A stretch of DNA of 64,000 bases from Candidatus Heimdallarchaeota archaeon (GTDB taxonomy: Archaea; Asgardarchaeota; Heimdallarchaeia; Heimdallarchaeales; Heimdallarchaeaceae). The translations under genes were made by a program, and so were the position numbers. Of the stretch, positions 58,232 through 64,000 are shown one piece after another. The DNA lies in contig JAUVXV010000005.1 in NCBI GenBank assembly GCA_030603365.1, forward strand, positions 128,001-192,000. Direction: 5' to 3'. Under the pieces are notes generated by a model. The model saw only the letters and a list, made by a program, of their open reading frames with translations. It did no database searches and was not told the origin of the DNA. Numbering within the stretch: the first letter of the stretch is position 1; each line of letters opens with the position of its first letter.

Positions 58232-60307
58232 ATGAACGAGACTAATCAACCTAGCAAAAAATCAAATCAGCTGATTAATGAAAAAAGTCCTTATCTTCTT
58301 CAACATGCTTACAATCCTGTTAACTGGTATCCATGGGGAGAGGAAGCTTTTCAAAAGGCAAAGAGTGAGAACAAGCCAATTTTCCTTTCAATTGGTTATT
58401 CCACTTGTCACTGGTGCCATGTGATGGAACATGAATCATTTGAGGATGAAGAAGTTGCTACAAAAATGAATGAGAAATTCATAGCAATCAAGGTTGATAG
58501 AGAAGAAAGACCTGATATTGATAGCATTTACATGAGTGTTGCTCAACTAACAACTGGACGTGGAGGATGGCCATTAACTATATTCATGACACCTGATAAA
58601 CAACCTTTCTTTGCAGGAACATATTTCCCTAAAACCAGTCGATTTGGAGCTACAGGATTAATGGAAATATTAGATCAAATCTCTTCATTGTGGGTAGAAA
58701 AGAAGGAAGAAATATTAGAAACAGCTGATAGGATTACTGAAGTTCTGCAGAAAGCATCAAGTCCTTACCAAACAGAGTACAATGGAGATGAACTTATAAT
58801 CAGAGCTTTTGATGAACTCGATAACAGGTTTGATGACAAACTAGGTGGTTTCGCTACAGCTCCTAAATTTCCAAGTTCTCACAATCTCATATTTCTTCTT
58901 AGGTATTGGAAAAGATTTGGTGACAAGCAAGCCCTTTCTATGGTTGAAACTACTCTTCAAAAAATGCGATTGGGGGGGATTTTCGATCATATTGGGTATG
59001 GTTTTCATCGATACTCTACAGACAGAGAATGGTTGGTTCCTCATTTCGAAAAAATGCTTTATGATCAAGCTATGATAATAGTTTCATATATAGAAACATA
59101 CCAAATAACTAAGAAGGCAACATACAAAGAAACAGCTGAAGCTATTATTGAATATGTTCTGAGAGATATGACCTCGTCTGAAGGAGGGTTTTATTCAGCT
59201 GAAGATGCAGACAGTGAAGGAGTAGAAGGAAAATTTTACGTATGGAAATTAAAGGAACTTCAAGAAATTCTACAAGATGATGAGATGAAACTTTTCTATA
59301 AATTATTTAGAATAGAAGAAGAAGGCAATTATCTAGAAGAAGCAACTAAAGAAAAAACCGGAGATAACATTCTTCACCATAAAGGATTCCCTTCAATAGA
59401 AGACAAGAAGAAATTAGCTGAAATTAGAGCTAAATTATTTGAGATTAGAGAGAAAAGAATACATCCTTTAAAAGATGATAAAATACTTACAGACTGGAAT
59501 GGATTGATGATTGCAGCTTTAGCTAAAGCCGCAAGAGCATTTGGAAACAATGAATATCAAACTGCTGCTGAAAAAGCGGTAGAATTTATTTTTTCAAAAC
59601 TCATAGATGAAAATGGAAGACTTATCCATAGGTATCGTAAAGGAGAATCAGCATTGACAGCAAATCTCGATGATTATTCATTCCTAATTTGGGGTTTATT
59701 GGAATTATATGAAACTAGTTTCAAAATAAATTATCTAGAAAAAGCATTAAATCTTAATAATATTGTAATTAAACATTTTATAGACGAAGAAAACGGTGGG
59801 TTCTATTTCACACCTGATGATGGTGAAAAACTTCTGGTAAGAGAGAAGCTGATTTATGATGGAGCCATTCCTTCAGGAAATTCTGTAATGATGCTGAATC
59901 TTCTCAAGCTAAGTCGAATAACATCTAATCCTGATTTAGAAGAGAAAGCTGCATATCTAATGGCTGTGTTTGCTAAACAAGTGTCTAAGGTTCCTTCTGC
60001 TTTTGCTTTCCTTATATCAAGTTTGGATTATGCTATTGGTCCTTCTTACGAGATAGTATTAGTTGGGAAATCTACTGACGAAAACCACAAGGGAATGCTA
60101 GAAATTCTTCAACAAGAATTTTTACCTAATAAAGTTGTAATATTTAAGGATGTTGAAACGGAGAGCGAGATAGAAATTACTCTCGCTCATCTAAAAGACT
60201 TCAAATCTCAGAAGAACAAAACAACTGCATATGTATGCGAACAGTTCTCTTGCCAAAGACCTACTACTGAAGTCAGTATGATGAAAAACCAGTTGGGATT
60301 GACATAA
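58232..60307 (+). CDS. YyaL/SSP411 (SPATA20) family thioredoxin-domain protein
   Basis: [64 protein letters not shown]. Confidence 0.95.
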   Translation: MNETNQPSKKSNQLINEKSPYLLQHAYNPVNWYPWGEEAFQKAKSENKPIFLSIGYSTCHWCHVMEHESFEDEEVATKMNEKFIAIKVDREERPDIDSIYMSVAQLTTGRGGWPLTIFMTPDKQPFFAGTYFPKTSRFGATGLMEILDQISSLWVEKKEEILETADRITEVLQKASSPYQTEYNGDELIIRAFDELDNRFDDKLGGFATAPKFPSSHNLIFLLRYWKRFGDKQALSMVETTLQKMRLGGIFDHIGYGFHRYSTDREWLVPHFEKMLYDQAMIIVSYIETYQITKKATYKETAEAIIEYVLRDMTSSEGGFYSAEDADSEGVEGKFYVWKLKELQEILQDDEMKLFYKLFRIEEEGNYLEEATKEKTGDNILHHKGFPSIEDKKKLAEIRAKLFEIREKRIHPLKDDKILTDWNGLMIAALAKAARAFGNNEYQTAAEKAVEFIFSKLIDENGRLIHRYRKGESALTANLDDYSFLIWGLLELYETSFKINYLEKALNLNNIVIKHFIDEENGGFYFTPDDGEKLLVREKLIYDGAIPSGNSVMMLNLLKLSRITSNPDLEEKAAYLMAVFAKQVSKVPSAFAFLISSLDYAIGPSYEIVLVGKSTDENHKGMLEILQQEFLPNKVVIFKDVETESEIEITLAHLKDFKSQKNKTTAYVCEQFSCQRPTTEVSMMKNQLGLT

Positions 60308-61323
60308 TGAAGATAGAAATTGATACTTCTAGTTTTGATTTTCTTATCGAACTATATTCAGAGATGAAGAAGGGTCAAGAAATTACTGCCGAGAAATGGG
60401 GGGAACTTCTCAATACTATGGGGTATCAAGCATTACTAAATGAAGAATTTTCAGAAAACTTCTTTAAACGAAATTTAGAGTTAGCTTTTAATCCAACTAA
60501 GTCAGAAGAACTGCGCAATGCATTAGAAGTCACAACAGAAAGCCGATATCTTCGATATTATATTGAGGTCCGAGAAAAGATGGCTGATTATCAAAATCAT
60601 GTGAAGACTTTACAAAAAAATTGGGCTAGACTGGAAGATGCTATAATCACAAGAGCACAATCATTACTTCCTTACAAAGAGTTTGATGAAGAAATAACGG
60701 TATCGATTGCTGTTTTTGATAGAGATGCTCGTGCGTATGAAGCAATAATATTAGATCCCATTTTTACAACACAAATGGAATCTTTTGTTTCCATAGTTGC
60801 ACATGAAGTACATCATATATTGAGACATGGATTACTAAAGTACGATAAAGACAAAGTTGAGGATGAGGAAAAGGATATTGTTTGGGTTCTTGAACAAATG
60901 CAAGCAGAAGGAATTGCTGATCATATTGATAAAGGATACTTCATTTACGGTAAGGAGCAAGATTTTTTCCACAAACAATATGTAACCATGTTCAAACAAT
61001 ACGTTTCTGAAGTTCCTAAGATAATGAAGGACTTAGACGAAATTTTTCTGAAACTTTCTCAAGGTGTATATCAAAAAGAAGTAGCAGGTAAAGAATTACG
61101 AAATAAGATTCCACTATCCTGTCACCCTCTTGGTTATTACATGGCAAATATAATCATTAAAAATTCCTTGTTGGATGACATGATAAGAGATATCGGTAAC
61201 CCTTTCAGCTTCGTTAAACTATATAATAAAGCTGTTTTAGCTGATAGAAAAGAGATGCCATCATTCGCTCTAGAAACTATTGAACAAATAGATAAGTTAG
61301 AACAAAAATACGTGAAAAAATAA
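60307..61323 (+). CDS. Putative Zn-dependent protease (gluzincin, DUF5700/DUF2268-like)
   Basis: AHEVHH, EGIAD, HPLGYYMA. One-base overlap with the upstream gene. Confidence 0.8.
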   Translation: MKIEIDTSSFDFLIELYSEMKKGQEITAEKWGELLNTMGYQALLNEEFSENFFKRNLELAFNPTKSEELRNALEVTTESRYLRYYIEVREKMADYQNHVKTLQKNWARLEDAIITRAQSLLPYKEFDEEITVSIAVFDRDARAYEAIILDPIFTTQMESFVSIVAHEVHHILRHGLLKYDKDKVEDEEKDIVWVLEQMQAEGIADHIDKGYFIYGKEQDFFHKQYVTMFKQYVSEVPKIMKDLDEIFLKLSQGVYQKEVAGKELRNKIPLSCHPLGYYMANIIIKNSLLDDMIRDIGNPFSFVKLYNKAVLADRKEMPSFALETIEQIDKLEQKYVKK

Positions 61324-61335
61324 AATGAGAAAGAG

Positions 61336-62163
61336 CTAATATGTTAACTCTCTTTTTTGAAATACTGTTAGTGCTCCAATAAGAGCTACCATCCCAATTC
61401 CAAGAAGAATGAAGAAATCTCCTACAGGAAAAACTAAAGGACTTAGCTGATTTATGCTCCCAGCTGACATATAGTGGAATACTGAGAGATATTGTAACCA
61501 TGAAAGACTATCAACCATCCCTCCTATTCTTACGATAATATACATACCAATAATTATTGCAGCTGAAGCTGAAAGAGCTTTTCGAGATTCAAGAAATAAA
61601 GCTCCACATAAAAGTGATATCGAACCTAGAACAAAGAACCACATCCATATGCCTAGCACTGAATACGATAATGAGAGATAGTTTAATGAAACTTCATATC
61701 CCATTCCTGAAATAATTGTTGTGCAGATGTAAGATATAGGTATGATTAGAATAGGATATAGAAGGTTGTATGTTAAATAAACCATGAATTTCTCTAGAAG
61801 ATATTTCCATCTTGGTATTGGAAGACTAAGTGACATGTCTAGTGTTTTCTTATCAACTTCACTAGTAATCATTCTTGAAGGAAAGAAGATAACGATGAAT
61901 AATAGAATCATTTCTAACCAGATGAAGATATACATAGTATACATACCTTGCCAAGTGCCAACATCAGCAAGACCTAAAGATCCAAGAAAAGCTCTATAAA
62001 TCTGGTTTTCTAAAATCTCACTAAACACTTCTGCAGCTTCTTCTAGTTGTGGCCATATAGATGCAATAAGAGGAATGATAAGAACCATAACTAGTGGAGG
62101 TATAATACCACTTTTCCAGTTTTTCTTCAAATTTTTTAAATATACTCTAAACATCTGAATCAC
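61336..62163 (-). CDS. ABC-2 type transporter permease
   Basis: EVDKKTLDMSLSLPIPRWKYLLEK, YLSVFHY, FQKREL, 6 TM. Confidence 0.92.
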   Translation of the reverse strand: MIQMFRVYLKNLKKNWKSGIIPPLVMVLIIPLIASIWPQLEEAAEVFSEILENQIYRAFLGSLGLADVGTWQGMYTMYIFIWLEMILLFIVIFFPSRMITSEVDKKTLDMSLSLPIPRWKYLLEKFMVYLTYNLLYPILIIPISYICTTIISGMGYEVSLNYLSLSYSVLGIWMWFFVLGSISLLCGALFLESRKALSASAAIIIGMYIIVRIGGMVDSLSWLQYLSVFHYMSAGSINQLSPLVFPVGDFFILLGIGMVALIGALTVFQKRELTY

Positions 62164-63093
62164 TCACTGGTAATAATGGAGGAATATCTCCTCAAGACTA
62201 GCATCTTCAATGGTTAACCGATCGATTTTATATCCTGAAAGCTCTTTAAGCAATTCATTGATATTTTCTTTGAGTTGTAATTTGAAAGATGTATCGTTTA
62301 TTTTTTCAACATCCATAACAAAGGGTAAATCGTCGAAAAATGATTTATCAGGAATAGAATCTTTTGAGAAATTCACACTAATATTCTGAAGAAATTTACT
62401 CTTCAAATCTTGGATTTTTTCTACAAGAATGATTTTTCCTTCCTTGATTATTGCAACTCTATCACAAATAGCTTGAACTTCTGCTAAATCATGGGAACTT
62501 AGAAAAATTGTTACTCCATCTTTCCTTAATTGCTTAAGTATCTGATGGAATCTTGAAGTCATCAAAGGATCCAAACCTGATGTAGGTTCGTCAAGAATCA
62601 AGAGATCTGGTTTTGAAGCTAAAGCTGCAATTATACCTACTTGTTGTCTATTACCAGATGAAAGAGCACGGATTTTCAAACTAAGATCAGCTTTAAAATT
62701 CTTTCTTAGTTTCTTTAGGAATTTCTCATTAATTGGTCTAAAATAACCATAATAATCAATAAGCTCATTTCCTGTGAAATTATCATAAAGTGCCATGTCT
62801 CCAGGAACATATCCTATCCTCTTTCTAATGGCTAATGAATCTTCATGATGATCAAGTCCAAAAACCTTGATTTCTCCCTCTTGGATATTTAAATAATCAA
62901 GTATAGAACGCATGGTAGTTGTTTTTCCTGCACCATTTGGACCAAGGAAACCGAATATTTCTCCTTTCTTAACAGCAAAAGAGACATCCTCAGCTCCTGT
63001 AACTTTTCTACCAACAGTTTTGATTCTAAGGTCAACTTCTCTACCATAAATTTTCGTCAAGTTAGAAACTTGAAGAATAACATCTGATGACAT
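62164..63093 (-). CDS. ABC transporter ATP-binding protein
   Basis: GPNGAGKTT, LSSGNRQ, LILDEPTSGLDP, SSH. Confidence 0.96.
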   Translation of the reverse strand: MSSDVILQVSNLTKIYGREVDLRIKTVGRKVTGAEDVSFAVKKGEIFGFLGPNGAGKTTTMRSILDYLNIQEGEIKVFGLDHHEDSLAIRKRIGYVPGDMALYDNFTGNELIDYYGYFRPINEKFLKKLRKNFKADLSLKIRALSSGNRQQVGIIAALASKPDLLILDEPTSGLDPLMTSRFHQILKQLRKDGVTIFLSSHDLAEVQAICDRVAIIKEGKIILVEKIQDLKSKFLQNISVNFSKDSIPDKSFFDDLPFVMDVEKINDTSFKLQLKENINELLKELSGYKIDRLTIEDASLEEIFLHYYQ

Positions 63094-63120
63094 CTGAGTT
63101 CAGTTCAGAATGAACTTAGA
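63093..63120. promoter_or_regulatory. Candidate repressor operator between TATA box and ABC start codon
   Basis: Perfect AGTTCA-GAA-TGAACT at 63102-63116. An alternative pairing is TCTGAGTTCA with TGAACTTAGA. TTTATAAA at 63123-63130. Confidence 0.5.
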
Positions 63121-63222
63121 CATTTATAAAACTGTATTTATCACATCATGCCTTGCTGTAAACAATAGCTTTATTAGATAAAGAGCATTAATTTTCTTTT
63201 GAACTATGGGGGTTCACAAATT

Positions 63223-64000
63223 ATGAAAAGAAAAACAATTTACTCCATATTGACTGCTGTGATTTTAATGGGTTCTTTGATTCCATTACAAACTCGAGCA
63301 GTTGCTGATATGATTGAATGGCATCCAAGTTTAGAAGAAGGAACTGTAGTCGCTTGGCGAATAACAGATCAGTATCTCTTTGATTCTGCTGTTCCACCAA
63401 CACTAGGTAATCATCCAATAAATCTTGGATCTGTGCTAGCATTTGAGATAAATGACACTTTACCAACATACTATAGTAGTGCTTATGAAACTGGTCTCCC
63501 TCCTAATTTCTTGAAACTATTTGTTGACTTTAATGAAGTTTCATTCTTTGAGATAACAGATGATACTGAACCAGCATTAGCTCTCCAGTATATGGTACTA
63601 CCTTACTTGTTCTATCCTGCGTCTATAGGTGGAGTTCAGAACATTACTGAATTCTTAGAATACAGAGCAGCTTCTGACCCAAATATAACTTCTATAAGTT
63701 ATGTTGTTCTTAATTCAAACTATGTCCAAGTTTCTATCTTTAATGACTTCATTGATTCATTTGTAATTACTGTAAACAATAACACAGGTATTGTCCAGAA
63801 CTTCTTTATAGAAGATGATTTTGGTGAAATGTTCGGAGAACTAGACATTTGGAAAGCAGATGTTGATGACTTTGGAACAACAATTACAAATACACTAAAT
63901 TGGCATCCTAATCTAGTAGCTGGAACTGTTCTTTCTTGGGAAATCACCGGTTTAACCTTTGATCCAACTCATGAAGGATTTATAGAGATAGCCGAACAAA
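63223..64000 (+). CDS. Secreted repeat-domain protein, truncated by the window end (absent from ORF track)
   Basis: Open frame from ATG 63223 with signal peptide MKRKTIYSILTAVILMGSLIPLQTRA. IEWHPSLEEGTVVAWRIT recurs 194 aa later as LNWHPNLVAGTVLSWEIT. Confidence 0.85.
   Translation, partial: MKRKTIYSILTAVILMGSLIPLQTRAVADMIEWHPSLEEGTVVAWRITDQYLFDSAVPPTLGNHPINLGSVLAFEINDTLPTYYSSAYETGLPPNFLKLFVDFNEVSFFEITDDTEPALALQYMVLPYLFYPASIGGVQNITEFLEYRAASDPNITSISYVVLNSNYVQVSIFNDFIDSFVITVNNNTGIVQNFFIEDDFGEMFGELDIWKADVDDFGTTITNTLNWHPNLVAGTVLSWEITGLTFDPTHEGFIEIAEQ

Noticed and set aside
63221-63947. Minus-strand track ORFs 63221..63469 and 63720..63947
   Set aside because: Antisense to the long plus-strand secreted-protein frame that starts at 63223.
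1-64000. tRNA, rRNA or CRISPR loci
   Set aside because: No GC-rich structural RNA-like segment, cloverleaf or repeat-spacer array was seen by eye. tRNAscan-SE and Infernal would be needed to exclude them formally.

Overview
AT-rich, gene-dense archaeal window, most likely from an Asgard archaeon (Heimdallarchaeia-like). This is an inference from three Rab-like small GTPases, two RING-variant zinc-finger proteins, TPR and beta-helix surface proteins, many secreted proteins with a C-terminal TM anchor plus basic tail, and TATA boxes about 30 nt before start codons. Main blocks: (1) a glycogen locus (GlgA, two GH57 enzymes, a GalT/HIT-type nucleotidyltransferase, a PGM/PMM homolog lacking its catalytic motifs); (2) an extracytoplasmic thiol-redox/folding cluster (two TlpA-like thioredoxins, one with a cytoplasmic 8-Cys tail; a thioredoxin-CcdA fusion; an FKBP-like surface protein; a coupled RING gene); (3) a divergent wHTH-TM-bPH_2 / TM-bPH_2 pair with a palindromic operator candidate, bracketed by a 41-bp direct repeat; (4) H+-pyrophosphatase and Ca-type P-ATPase genes, each followed by a decayed remnant of a paralog; (5) three peroxiredoxins plus a nitroreductase; (6) five tandem membrane-anchored arylsulfotransferase-like paralogs; (7) an ABC exporter. 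I saw no rRNA, tRNA, CRISPR array, transposase or integrase. All calls come from reading motifs by eye; no searches were run. Two printed lines (starting at 61 and 21961) appear one base short as I read them, so reading frames there carry extra uncertainty.
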